Counted from the stretch's first letter, positions 26,310 through 36,475 are shown. The stretch is DNA of 64,000 bases from Roseivirga sp. (GCA_047633135.1 JBLIES010000001.1:3749-67748), one strand, 5' to 3'. Numbers and translations are program-made. The notes: a model not told the origin generated them from the letters alone.

Positions 26310-28745
26310 TTGAAACTCTCAGAAATAGTCAATGTAATAAGTGGCACATACCTTTCCAAGGGTGAAGACGCTATGATAGAGCACTTGAACACTGATAGTA
26401 GGAAATCCTTCGACACGAAAAAAAGTCTGTTTTTTGCCCTATCTGGACCCAACCATGACGGTCATGACTTTATACCTGAACTGATAAAGGCTGGTTTCCA
26501 AAATTTTATAGTTGAAAAGTCTATTCCTGTCTCAGTTCAGAATATCAATCTTATCAAAGTCACCTCGTCAATAGCAGCACTACAGTCGGTAGCCAGAAGG
26601 AAACGAGAGGCCTTCGACAGCAGCGTAGTTGGTATTACCGGAAGCAATGGGAAAACAATAGTGAAGGAATGGCTTGCCCAACTCCTCTCGGATCACTATT
26701 CGGTATGTAAAAGTCCTAAAAGTTATAATTCACAAATTGGCGTCCCCTTGTCCGTTTGGCAGCTCTCCGACAATGATGAGTTAGGCATATTTGAAGCTGG
26801 AATTTCCATGCGCAACGAGATGTCTAAGATTAAGAATATTATTCAGCCTACGGCAGGAATACTCACTAATATTGGTTCAGCCCACGAAGAGTTTTTTGAA
26901 TCAATAGAGCAAAAATTAGATGAAAAACTCAGGCTTTTTGAAGACTGCGAAACTCTGTTTTATAGAAATGATAACCCCATTATTCGCAATGCGATCAAGC
27001 GAATGAAAAAATTTCCAGGACGATTAATTTCTTGGGGATTCAATAATTCCGCAGATTTAAGAGTCAAAGCAAGAGGCAACAAAATTTTCGAGTTCACCTA
27101 TCAAACAGAAAAATTCGAGATGCAATTGCTCTCTGAGAATGAATCCTATGTTGAGAACATCATTCACTGTATTTGCTATGCCTACTTTGATGGACTAAAG
27201 CCCTCTGTCATCCAAAACGCTATAAATGGACTAAAGCCTATTAAGATGCGACTGGAATTGAAGAAAGGGGCTAACAATACCTACGTTATTGACGACACCT
27301 ATAACAACGACCTTGCGGGCTTAGAGAATGCCTTGGATTTTTTAGCACAACAAAAACAACATGCTAAAAAGACCTTAATTCTCTCTGATATTTTACAATC
27401 AGGCTCAAAAATCTCTACTTATAAAAAGATTGCCTCCCTAATTGAAGAGAAAGGTGTAAATAAACTCTTCGCCATTGGGAGTGAGATGAAAACATTTCAA
27501 GACCTCTTCCCAAAAAATAGCGAGTTTTTTGAATCTACATTGTCCTTTTTAGAGCACTCTCCTAAAGTCTTTGAAAAAGAGGTAATCCTAATCAAAGGTG
27601 CGAGAGAATTCGGTTTCGAAAGAATCGTGAAACAGTTAGTAGAAAAAATTCATAGCACTGTTCTAGAAATTAATTTAGATCATTTAACACACAACCTTAA
27701 TGTTTATCGGAAGCAACTCAACCCTAAGACAAAGCTTTTAATTATGGTAAAAGCACTTGGCTACGGAAGCGGTGGTGCTGAAATAGCAAGTTTGCTCGAA
27801 TTTCATAAAGTAGATTATCTAGGTGTTGCCTATGTTGACGAAGGGGTTCAGCTCAGAAAAGCGGGCATCAACTTACCGATAATGGTAATCAACCCAGCCG
27901 AAGAGGATCTCGACAACCTAATCAACTATAATATTGAGCCAGAAATATACAGCTTTAGTCAGCTGAAGTCTTTTTCTGAATTCTATCTGAGAAAGAATGT
28001 GCAATTGAAAGGTCACTTTACTATCAATACAGGCATGAATAGGCTCGGGTTTAACCCAGAGAGTATTGATGCTCTAGTTGAACAAATCAAAAAACTATCA
28101 CATCTGAAGGTTCAAAGTATCTACACCCACTTAGCTGCAGCAGATGATGAGGCCCATGTAGATTTTTCTCTTCAACAGCTCGAAACCTATAGAATTGCAG
28201 CAGAAAAAATTGAACACTCACTTCAAATTACCACCCTAAAACACGCACTAAACTCAGCAGGTATTACACGATTTCCCAATTATCAGTTTGATATGGTAAG
28301 GCTTGGAATAGGGCTTTATGGCATTGAACCGAACGGAATTCTTCAAAAAGACTTAAAACCAATAAGTACACTCAAAACAATTATTTCTCAAATCCGCAAT
28401 TTGAAAAAAGGTGAATCCATAGGCTATGGAAGAAAGGGAATAGCTGAAACCGACATTAGAATGGCAGTCATAGCAATTGGTTACGCTGATGGGTTTTCAA
28501 GAATCTTCAGCAATGGCAACGGTGAGGTTTTAGTGAATGGAAAGCCCGCAAAAGTGATTGGCAATGTCTGCATGGATATGACAATGATAAATATCTCTGA
28601 TATTGAAGCTGAAGAAGGAGATGAGGTAATAGTCTTCGGAGAAAGGCCAACCATCTCTGAGCTTGCACTCAAGGCAGAGACTATTCCTTATGAAATCCTT
28701 ACCAATGTAAGTGACCGGGTCAAGCGTGTTTATTATACCGAATAA
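26310..28745 (+). CDS. alr: Bifunctional MurF-like ligase / alanine racemase
   Basis: TTG start; Mur domain GITGSNGKT, KSYNSQIG and DDTYNND; Alr domain MVKALGYG, SIGYG, GYADG and VCMDM. Confidence 0.93.
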   Translation: MKLSEIVNVISGTYLSKGEDAMIEHLNTDSRKSFDTKKSLFFALSGPNHDGHDFIPELIKAGFQNFIVEKSIPVSVQNINLIKVTSSIAALQSVARRKREAFDSSVVGITGSNGKTIVKEWLAQLLSDHYSVCKSPKSYNSQIGVPLSVWQLSDNDELGIFEAGISMRNEMSKIKNIIQPTAGILTNIGSAHEEFFESIEQKLDEKLRLFEDCETLFYRNDNPIIRNAIKRMKKFPGRLISWGFNNSADLRVKARGNKIFEFTYQTEKFEMQLLSENESYVENIIHCICYAYFDGLKPSVIQNAINGLKPIKMRLELKKGANNTYVIDDTYNNDLAGLENALDFLAQQKQHAKKTLILSDILQSGSKISTYKKIASLIEEKGVNKLFAIGSEMKTFQDLFPKNSEFFESTLSFLEHSPKVFEKEVILIKGAREFGFERIVKQLVEKIHSTVLEINLDHLTHNLNVYRKQLNPKTKLLIMVKALGYGSGGAEIASLLEFHKVDYLGVAYVDEGVQLRKAGINLPIMVINPAEEDLDNLINYNIEPEIYSFSQLKSFSEFYLRKNVQLKGHFTINTGMNRLGFNPESIDALVEQIKKLSHLKVQSIYTHLAAADDEAHVDFSLQQLETYRIAAEKIEHSLQITTLKHALNSAGITRFPNYQFDMVRLGIGLYGIEPNGILQKDLKPISTLKTIISQIRNLKKGESIGYGRKGIAETDIRMAVIAIGYADGFSRIFSNGNGEVLVNGKPAKVIGNVCMDMTMINISDIEAEEGDEVIVFGERPTISELALKAETIPYEILTNVSDRVKRVYYTE

Positions 28746-28747
28746 GC

Positions 28748-28927
28748 CTACCCCCCGCAGCCAAGGTTGCTTTTAAACGGCACATCTTTAGGCAATCCAC
28801 CAAAATCAAACGGATCCTCCATAAGTTCCTCTTTTTTTATAGGGATAACTGCCGCTTTCAATTCAGGTTTGTCCTTTTCTACTTTCTCATTTTTCGCTTT
28901 TTTGTTCATCGAATTAAACTCTTTCAT
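28748..28927 (-). CDS. Small 59-aa protein missed by the ORF track
   Basis: MKEFNSMNKKAKNEKVEKDKPELKAAVIPIKKEELMEDPFDFGGLPKDVPFKSNLGCGG*. Fills the alr-feoA gap; alternative start at 28909. Confidence 0.7.
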   Translation of the reverse strand: MKEFNSMNKKAKNEKVEKDKPELKAAVIPIKKEELMEDPFDFGGLPKDVPFKSNLGCGG

Positions 28928-29046
28928 TCGTTCTGATAATGTTCATAAAACAATTTTGGTTCCTAAGGCTTCATGACTTGGATAAAAAACATGGATGTAA
29001 ATAGAACCACAATTTTGTTATAATGAATGGCTCTGCTAAATTGCAT

Positions 29047-29069
29047 TTGTTTATAATTAATCTAAATAA
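29047..29069. promoter_or_regulatory. Candidate iron-responsive repressor box
   Basis: TTGTTTATAAT-T-AATCTAAATAA, with 8 of 11 positions symmetric, 11 bp before the feoA start. Confidence 0.55.
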
Positions 29070-29080
29070 GCATAAAGCTT

Positions 29081-29302
29081 GTGAAAAGCCTCGACCAACT
29101 AAAAAAACATGAGAAAGGAATCATTAAGGGATTTAGTGATGATACCCTTTCGGTAAAGTTAATGGAAATGGGATGCTTACCCGGTACAGAGGTGTCAGTC
29201 GACTTGATAGCCCCCTTTGGTGACCCAATAGCAATAGGGGTAGCGGGCTATTGCTTATCGCTAAGAAAAGCAGAAGCGGCCTGTATTATGATTGAAGACT
29301 AG
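29081..29302 (+). CDS. feoA: Ferrous iron transport protein A
   Basis: GTG start; KLMEMGCLPG, APFGDPI and LSLRKAEA. Confidence 0.93.
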   Translation: MKSLDQLKKHEKGIIKGFSDDTLSVKLMEMGCLPGTEVSVDLIAPFGDPIAIGVAGYCLSLRKAEAACIMIED

Positions 29303-29307
29303 AAAGT

Positions 29308-31422
29308 ATGTCGAAGGCCAAAAAAATTAAAATAGCCCTTGTTGGGAATCCAAACTCTGGCAAAACAACACTATTCAATCTACTTACTGGCTTAAATCAG
29401 AAGACAGGAAACTTCCCTGGGGTTACAGTAGACAAAAAATCTGGCTTCTGTAAACTACCCGATAGCTCGGTAGCTGAAATCATTGATTTGCCTGGTACTT
29501 ATAGCATCTATCCCAAAACACTAGACGAACAAGTAGTGCAAGATGTACTGCTTGACTTTAACCATCCTCAGCACCCAGATAAGGTTATTGTTGTTGCAGA
29601 CGCCTCGAACCTTAAAAGAAACCTTCTTCTTTTTACACAAATTAGAGACTTAGGGATTCCATTAGTCTTGGTTTTAAACATGATGGATGTTGCTCAGCTT
29701 AAACAGCTGAACATAGATTTAAGAGGGCTTTCTATTGACTTAGGAATAAAAATAGTTCCTACCAATTCTCACTCTGGTGATGGCATTAGCGTACTTAAAG
29801 AGGCGCTTACAAAACCATTGATCAGAAGTAAAAGGCCCTTTTATGATACTTACGAACTCGCCCCCCGCACAATTGATAAGATCAAGGAGGATTTTCAGTT
29901 GGAGGAAAACTATAGGGCTTATCAATTTGCGCAACAGTCGGTTCGATTAAACTTTCTTTCCGAAAAGGAAAAGCAGATCATAGATAAAATCAAAACTGAT
30001 AATGGTTTTTATGACGTACCAACACAAACCCAAGAAACACTCGGTAGGTATCAACTGATATCGGATATAGTCGATAGGAATATAAAGAACTCCAAAGATC
30101 CTCTCAAAAAATCAATTACAGAAAAAATAGACCGCATAGTCACCCACCCAGTGCTAGGTTATCTGATTTTCTTCATGCTCTTACTGCTGATCTTTCAGGC
30201 GATATTTGCTTGGGCAGAGGCTCCAATGAACTGGATTGAAGGTGGTATTGCGGAGTTCAGCAACCTTGTCCGTGACGTTCTGCCTGAGGGAGTCATTACC
30301 GATTTAATCACCGATGGTATTTTGGCTGGTTTAGCGGGAGTACTCGTTTTTATTCCTCAAATCGCAATCTTATTCGCCTTTATTGCGCTCTTAGAAGAAA
30401 GCGGCTACATGTCGCGAGCGGTTTTTCTGATGGATAAATTCATGAGAAAATTCGGTCTCAACGGAAAATCTGTAGTCCCTCTTATCAGTGGTATGGCTTG
30501 TGCCATCCCTGCAATTATGGCAACTCGAAACATAGAAAACTGGAAAGATAGACTCATCACTATCTTTGTAACTCCATTTATGAGTTGTTCCGCAAGACTC
30601 CCTGTCTATGCCATTCTTATTGGCCTGGTTGTACCTGAAGAAAGCGTTCTCGGCATTTTTAACTTACAAGGCCTTGTTCTTCAAGCGCTTTATTTACTCG
30701 GTTTTCTTGCTGCCATTGGTTCAGCATTTGTGATGCAGTTTTTGTTGAAAACTAAAGAGCGGTCTTATTTCATCATGGAATTACCCGGTTATAAAATTCC
30801 AAGTTGGAAGAACATAGGTTTAACGATTTACGACAAGTCCAAAACCTTTGTTTTTGAAGCTGGTAAGGTAATTATAGCGATCTCTATTATTCTTTGGGTA
30901 CTAGCCTCCTACGGTTGGAGCGATGATTTTAAAAATGCAGAATCAAATGTAAAGCTTCAAGTTGGGTCGCAAGCAACCGATGAAGAATATGAAATCGCAC
31001 TTAATTCCTACAAACTAGAGCACTCAATAGCAGGATCATTTGGGAAGCTGATAGAGCCTGCCATTAGGCCTTTAGGTTACGATTGGAAAATCGGTATTGC
31101 TTTAATAACCTCTTTTGCAGCGCGAGAAGTTTTTGTAGGCACAATGTCTACTATTTACAGTATTGGGACCAGTGAGGAAAGTGAAACAACGATTCGAGAA
31201 AAGCTAAGGAATGAAAAGAATGCAGAAACTGGTGAACCAATGTATTCACCAGCGGTAGGGTTTTCGCTCATGGTTTTTTATGCCTTTGCAATGCAGTGCA
31301 TGAGCACACTTGCTATAGTCTACAGAGAAACTAAGGGTTGGAAATGGCCAATGATTCAAATGGTTTTTATGACCGCTGTGGCCTACCTCTCCGCATTAAT
31401 CACCTACAACATTTTTTCTTAA
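29308..31422 (+). CDS. feoB: Ferrous iron transport protein B
   Basis: GNPNSGKT, NFPGVTV, DLPGTYS, NMMD, PFMSCSARLP and C-terminal AMQC. Confidence 0.96.
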   Translation: MSKAKKIKIALVGNPNSGKTTLFNLLTGLNQKTGNFPGVTVDKKSGFCKLPDSSVAEIIDLPGTYSIYPKTLDEQVVQDVLLDFNHPQHPDKVIVVADASNLKRNLLLFTQIRDLGIPLVLVLNMMDVAQLKQLNIDLRGLSIDLGIKIVPTNSHSGDGISVLKEALTKPLIRSKRPFYDTYELAPRTIDKIKEDFQLEENYRAYQFAQQSVRLNFLSEKEKQIIDKIKTDNGFYDVPTQTQETLGRYQLISDIVDRNIKNSKDPLKKSITEKIDRIVTHPVLGYLIFFMLLLLIFQAIFAWAEAPMNWIEGGIAEFSNLVRDVLPEGVITDLITDGILAGLAGVLVFIPQIAILFAFIALLEESGYMSRAVFLMDKFMRKFGLNGKSVVPLISGMACAIPAIMATRNIENWKDRLITIFVTPFMSCSARLPVYAILIGLVVPEESVLGIFNLQGLVLQALYLLGFLAAIGSAFVMQFLLKTKERSYFIMELPGYKIPSWKNIGLTIYDKSKTFVFEAGKVIIAISIILWVLASYGWSDDFKNAESNVKLQVGSQATDEEYEIALNSYKLEHSIAGSFGKLIEPAIRPLGYDWKIGIALITSFAAREVFVGTMSTIYSIGTSEESETTIREKLRNEKNAETGEPMYSPAVGFSLMVFYAFAMQCMSTLAIVYRETKGWKWPMIQMVFMTAVAYLSALITYNIFS

Positions 31423-32897
31423 TTCTCAGGTTTATAATTGAGTGGAAGCTTTACCGAGAAGCCCCCCCAAGTCCACCAGCCTAGGTAAAGAGCCGAGCGC
31501 TTACTTGCAAAGTACCCTGGGTAAGAAATGATTATCGGTTGACCCTGCTGAAAAAGAATTACCGATTTTTGAAATAATGGCACGTCACTAATGTCCAATC
31601 CAACTACTTGATAACTGGTAAGGCTTTGGTCATTGGAAAGAGAAATAGTTGAGCGTGACTTCTGATCTGTGTATTTGTAATTGCCTGTTTTAGACTTACT
31701 TCTGTAGAGTTTTTTATACTCTTCGTCTTCATAACCATGTTTGTAGGTCACTTCAATATTCGACTTTACGTTAAGTTTAAATTCGAACTCTTTATTCGTA
31801 GGAGTAAGGCTAATAATCTCAGCCGCTGATGGAGGATTTAATGGAGTACTGTATTCTGAAGTAACAGAATCAAATTGAACAACATTAACGGAAAACCCTT
31901 CTTCAGTCAACTTATTCTCCATCATTGAATTCAAAAAATGATTGACGGACCCATGATATGCCTTTGACCTAGCCTCATCCCATTTGAGATTTTGCTTCTT
32001 CGATTTTGCCTCTAACTCTTTGAACTGTGCTTTACCGATGGTGGTTTTAATGCCATTTTTGAAAGAGAATTCTTCCAACAGGTAGCCTATTCGATAACCC
32101 ATGGCATAATTCTCAATAAAAAGAATATCAGTCGCGCTTACCTCGTAATTATCAAGAGAATCAATCAGGTAAAGTTCTAATACTTCAGGGTTGACTATTC
32201 TACTATCTTTCGCATTACCATCACGCCCCAAAAAGTCCTCCTCAAATCTTTTTAGTAATTTCCTATCCCTTCTTCGTTGCAACCGCGTCTTTCTAGCCGT
32301 AATCTGGAAAGGATCCAAAGCTTTCTCCTCTATTTCAAGCTCGATAATAAACTTACCTTGATCTATCTTTTGAGAATTATTGAATCTAATGGTTTTAGAA
32401 GTATAGCCAACATAAGAGGTAACGAGGTTGAAAGCGATGTAAGGAATGTCTTTGATAATGAATTCACCAACAACATTGGTCGCTGCGCCCAGTGTACTAT
32501 TATCGATAAAGACATTGGCGTAAGGCAAAGGGGCTTGTGTCTTGGCGTCCACTACCCGCCCGATGATCTCTCGGTCAGTCAATATTCTTTTCAGGATAAT
32601 AATGGTTCCGCTCACCTCCCTAAAGTAGAGGTTAGCTTCATCCAATAAATCAGTTAGCACATCGCGAAGAGTTGCTTGATTGTAATCAGCTGAGATGCGT
32701 TCAGTCTTCGGAATTATACTGCTATTGTAGGAAAAATTAACATGGACTTGCCTGTTGATTTGACGCAATGCTGCGCTAAGCGATACTTTATTAAAGCTTA
32801 TAGTAACCTCACGGTCTAAAAGCGAATCATTAACACTCTGTGCATGACCGCTAATACACCAAAGTATGTAGATGGAAACCAGAAATTTCCTGCGCAT
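31419..32897 (-). CDS. STN + carboxypeptidase-regulatory-like domain protein with no TonB barrel
   Basis: Signal peptide; STN-like SLSAALRQI..VNFSYNS; GRVVDAKTQAPLPYANVFI; non-barrel C-terminus ending YKPEN. Confidence 0.75.
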   Translation of the reverse strand: MRRKFLVSIYILWCISGHAQSVNDSLLDREVTISFNKVSLSAALRQINRQVHVNFSYNSSIIPKTERISADYNQATLRDVLTDLLDEANLYFREVSGTIIILKRILTDREIIGRVVDAKTQAPLPYANVFIDNSTLGAATNVVGEFIIKDIPYIAFNLVTSYVGYTSKTIRFNNSQKIDQGKFIIELEIEEKALDPFQITARKTRLQRRRDRKLLKRFEEDFLGRDGNAKDSRIVNPEVLELYLIDSLDNYEVSATDILFIENYAMGYRIGYLLEEFSFKNGIKTTIGKAQFKELEAKSKKQNLKWDEARSKAYHGSVNHFLNSMMENKLTEEGFSVNVVQFDSVTSEYSTPLNPPSAAEIISLTPTNKEFEFKLNVKSNIEVTYKHGYEDEEYKKLYRSKSKTGNYKYTDQKSRSTISLSNDQSLTSYQVVGLDISDVPLFQKSVILFQQGQPIIISYPGYFASKRSALYLGWWTWGGFSVKLPLNYKPEN

Positions 32898-32905
32898 GCA
32901 CTAAT

Positions 32906-33892
32906 TTAATTAGTACATCCGTTTCCTTCTAATTTTATTCGATTTTCTTTGAAAGAGATAACTGTGATGGTAGGAAAGGTGACATCGATTAAATCTATGA
33001 TCTCTTTGATAGATTTATTCTCGTAAGTTCCAGTAATGGGACAGCTTGAAATTTCTTTATTGTACTCAATTTTTACCCGATAGGCATCCTCTAAGTCTCT
33101 AATTACTTCGGCCAAAAAGGTGTTTTCATATTCAAACCTCTTTGTCCACCATCCGCTGTAGTTGGTGTTTTTAATAGTTTCCTTTTTAATCGACTGGCCC
33201 GTTTTATCCATCATGGCCATCTCTCCTCTGACAACTTTCTCGGTAATCTTTTCATTCTTAATTGAAGAAAACTCTACGCTTCCTTCGGTAACATTAAGTT
33301 CGATACTTTGATTGAGGTTGGTTGTCAAATTGAAACTAGTACCTAGTACTCTTACTTTCGCATTTCCTGCCTGAATAATGAAGGGAAGGTTTTCGTTTCT
33401 AATAATGTCAAAATTTGCTTCCCCTACTAAGCTCACAGTACGGTTGGCTTCACCGAAATCAGAGGCCAGCTTTAAAATTGAACTTGCGTTCAGCTTTACT
33501 ACAGAACCATCAGGAAGTGTATATTCTTTGAATTCATTTGTAGCAGAGATTAACTCTAATTGATTTCCATCTGTAGCAGGAGTTTTATTGTTTTCTACCA
33601 CAAGAAATCCCGCTATTGCCACGACCAAAAGCACCGCAGCAATCTTTATAAAAGTGTACTTAGGCTTTTCTATTCCAATTACTTTTGATTCTTTAGTCTT
33701 GTGATCAACTTTAGCCCAAGCAGATTCACTATCGAATACAGGACTATCCATACGATCGGTTAGCTCATAGATCATTGACTGAGCCTCTAATTCAAGGCTG
33801 AGCGCTTCGTTTTCGATCAATTGTGATTCGAAGTTCGTCCTTTCGTTCGCATTTAATTCGTTAGCCAAGTACTTGGCTACTAATTCTTCCAT
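32906..33892 (-). CDS. FecR-family anti-sigma factor
   Basis: Cytoplasmic N-domain, one TM helix, LPDGSVVKLNASS, GEANFDI and VRVLGTSFN. Confidence 0.92.
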   Translation of the reverse strand: MEELVAKYLANELNANERTNFESQLIENEALSLELEAQSMIYELTDRMDSPVFDSESAWAKVDHKTKESKVIGIEKPKYTFIKIAAVLLVVAIAGFLVVENNKTPATDGNQLELISATNEFKEYTLPDGSVVKLNASSILKLASDFGEANRTVSLVGEANFDIIRNENLPFIIQAGNAKVRVLGTSFNLTTNLNQSIELNVTEGSVEFSSIKNEKITEKVVRGEMAMMDKTGQSIKKETIKNTNYSGWWTKRFEYENTFLAEVIRDLEDAYRVKIEYNKEISSCPITGTYENKSIKEIIDLIDVTFPTITVISFKENRIKLEGNGCTN

Positions 33893-33942
33893 TACTTTGT
33901 GCTTTCTGTCAACCTTAGTAACAACGCTGACAATTTATTCCC

Positions 33943-34515
33943 CTATAAAAAAACTACCAAGGGCAGAAAAAAAGATAAATAATCTTTCAGCCCAATTCTT
34001 AATATTTTTAAAGCCTTACCCATATGTACCTCTACTGTCTTTTTAGAGATGCCCAATTCAATTGCAATTTCATGATATTTTAGCCCTTCTTCCCTACTCA
34101 TCCTAAACACTTTTTGGCACTGTGGCGGAAGGCTTTTGAGAGATTTTTCAATTCTTTTTTGAAGCTCAAAATCTGGCTGATGGCTAACATAACTCGCCTT
34201 AATCTCTTGAATAGAATCCTGATGCTTTGTGGCATACTTGATTACTATTTTCTGATGTTTAATGTAATTAAGCGCTGTATTATGGGCCGCTCTAAAGAGG
34301 TAGGCCTTGAAACTAATATCCTCGTGCAGCATTTCTCTCTTCTCCCAAAGGTTGACAAAAGTGCTTTGTGCGATCTCTTCTGCTGTATCAGAGTCGCGAA
34401 TAATCCTTTGCACATAACGACAGGTTGGCTGATAGTAAGTATTGAACAGTTGTTCAAAAGCTTTTCTATCCCCTTGAGAAAATGCTAGCAGTAATTGACT
34501 CTCGTTAATCGGCAC
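33943..34515 (-). CDS. ECF sigma-70 factor
   Basis: AFEQLFNTYY, AEEIAQSTFVNLW, LPPQCQKVF and YHEIAIELGISKKTVEVH. Confidence 0.94.
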   Translation of the reverse strand: MPINESQLLLAFSQGDRKAFEQLFNTYYQPTCRYVQRIIRDSDTAEEIAQSTFVNLWEKREMLHEDISFKAYLFRAAHNTALNYIKHQKIVIKYATKHQDSIQEIKASYVSHQPDFELQKRIEKSLKSLPPQCQKVFRMSREEGLKYHEIAIELGISKKTVEVHMGKALKILRIGLKDYLSFFLPLVVFL

Positions 34516-34687
34516 TCAGTTTTAACTTTAAAAGACTTTGAAGTTAAAAAGAAAAAACAATTTCTAACCATCTGGCCTTTGTTGGAACAATTAATGAAGA
34601 TTTTCAGTAGAAGTGTTATTCCCAATTAATAAGTTTGATGGGAATATAAAAAGCCATTTACAGAAAGCCCTAGCTTCACGCAATCAT

Positions 34688-36475
34688 ATGACAAACGACT
34701 ATTCAGAAAGAGTTAAGCAATTTGAGCAAGAAAAGAATCGGCTAAAAAAAACATCGACTAACCTGGCTTGGGCAAGAGTAGGTCTCTTTTTAGTGGCACT
34801 TGTTTTAATCACCCTCAGTGCAAATGCCAAGTTCACGGAAGGCATTACCATAACGTCAATAGTTTTTGTGGGGCTATTCCTTTATCTCTTCAAAAAGCAT
34901 ATTAAGGTAAAATCACAACTTTTGATCAAAGAGGCGCTCTTAAAAATTAATGAGGACGAAGTTTTAAGGTTAAATATGAAGTTCTCTAGCCTCGATGCAG
35001 GAGAAGAATTCATCACGCCAATTCATGAATACCACATTGACTTAGATATTTTTGGTAAGCATTCTATTTTTCAATTACTCAACCGTACTTCTACAGAATT
35101 CGGAAAACAGAAATTAGCCCAGTGGCTAAGTATTCCTGAAAACCGTCCAGAAATCATAAAGAGACAGACGGCCATCAAAGAGGTAAGTCCTCTTATTGAA
35201 TGGAGACAAGATATTCAAGCGGTTGGCATGGCATATCAAAACGAAAAAGGAAGTGTTCTGCCTTTACTTGATTGGATTAAAACTAAAAACACAATCCTCA
35301 ATCAAAAATTCTACCATATCGTAATAGTATTGATGCCAATTGCAATGGTTTGTGCCATAGCACTATCCGCTTTTGGTGTCGCACCCATTGGATTACCATT
35401 GTTGATGATTTTAATCAACATGGGTATTTTAAGCTCAACTTTTCAAAGGGCGAGTGAAATATACAAACAGACTATTGAAGGCAACAAGGTACTGAAAGCC
35501 TATCAGGCCCAAATTGGACTTATTGAAAAACAGAAATTTAGTGCTCCTCTTTTAACTGAATTAAAAGCGAAGCTTAATAGCGAACACAACAAGGCATCGG
35601 TTACCATAAAACAGCTCCAGTTTATTTTAGATAACCTACATAACCGGGCTAACATGATATATCAAATCTTCAATTTTCTATTGCTGTTAGATGTGTTCTT
35701 ACTTATTAAGGCTGAAAAATGGAAAAAGAAGACAAAAGATGATATCGGGGTTTGGTTCGAAGCCATTGGTGAAGTTGAAGTGATTAATAGCATAGGTGGT
35801 TTCCTTCACTCAAATCCTGATTTAAACTTCCCGAAGATTGTTGAAAGCCCATTCGAAATCTCTGCTGAAAAAATGGGACATCCAATGATCAACGCCAGTA
35901 AAAGGGTGAGTAATTCGTTTAATTTTAGCGGAAAAGGTGGGATCTGCCTTATCACCGGCTCTAACATGAGTGGGAAGAGCACCTTTTTAAGAACTGTTGG
36001 AGTAAACTCTGTACTGGCACTTATGGGAGCACCCGTTTGTGCAGTAGGCATGAGAATTTCTAAACTACAAGTGTTTACAAGCATGCGCACGCAAGATGAC
36101 CTTGAAGAAAGCGTTTCTTCATTTTATGCTGAACTTAAAAGGCTCAAGCAACTCTTAGGCTCTATCAATCAAGCATTACCGACTCTATTTATGGTAGACG
36201 AAGTGTTGAAGGGTACTAACTCTGAGGATAGACATACAGGTGCGACCGCGTTAATTAGGCAGCTGAATAAGGCTGATGCTTTTGGCTTTGTGTCTACACA
36301 CGATTTAACTTTAGGCAAAATCACTACAGAATTAGAGGGCATTAAAAACTATAGCTTCAATAGTGTGATTGAAAATGATGATATTATTTTTGATTATACA
36401 CTTACACCTGGTATTTGTAAAAGCTTCAACGCAACCAAGCTCATGCAGAAAATGGGTATAGAAATTATTGATTAA
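34688..36475 (+). CDS. Membrane-anchored MutS-related ATPase (domain V only)
   Basis: N-terminal TM pairs; ITGSNMSGKSTFLR, SSFYAELKRL, VDEVLKGTNS and VSTHDL. A TAAGTTTG promoter at 34630-34637 argues for the 34688 start. Confidence 0.88.
   Translation: MTNDYSERVKQFEQEKNRLKKTSTNLAWARVGLFLVALVLITLSANAKFTEGITITSIVFVGLFLYLFKKHIKVKSQLLIKEALLKINEDEVLRLNMKFSSLDAGEEFITPIHEYHIDLDIFGKHSIFQLLNRTSTEFGKQKLAQWLSIPENRPEIIKRQTAIKEVSPLIEWRQDIQAVGMAYQNEKGSVLPLLDWIKTKNTILNQKFYHIVIVLMPIAMVCAIALSAFGVAPIGLPLLMILINMGILSSTFQRASEIYKQTIEGNKVLKAYQAQIGLIEKQKFSAPLLTELKAKLNSEHNKASVTIKQLQFILDNLHNRANMIYQIFNFLLLLDVFLLIKAEKWKKKTKDDIGVWFEAIGEVEVINSIGGFLHSNPDLNFPKIVESPFEISAEKMGHPMINASKRVSNSFNFSGKGGICLITGSNMSGKSTFLRTVGVNSVLALMGAPVCAVGMRISKLQVFTSMRTQDDLEESVSSFYAELKRLKQLLGSINQALPTLFMVDEVLKGTNSEDRHTGATALIRQLNKADAFGFVSTHDLTLGKITTELEGIKNYSFNSVIENDDIIFDYTLTPGICKSFNATKLMQKMGIEIID

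Noticed and set aside
26310-28745. MurF-alanine racemase fusion as a novelty
   Set aside because: This is a common Bacteroidota architecture, and the Alr catalytic motifs are intact.
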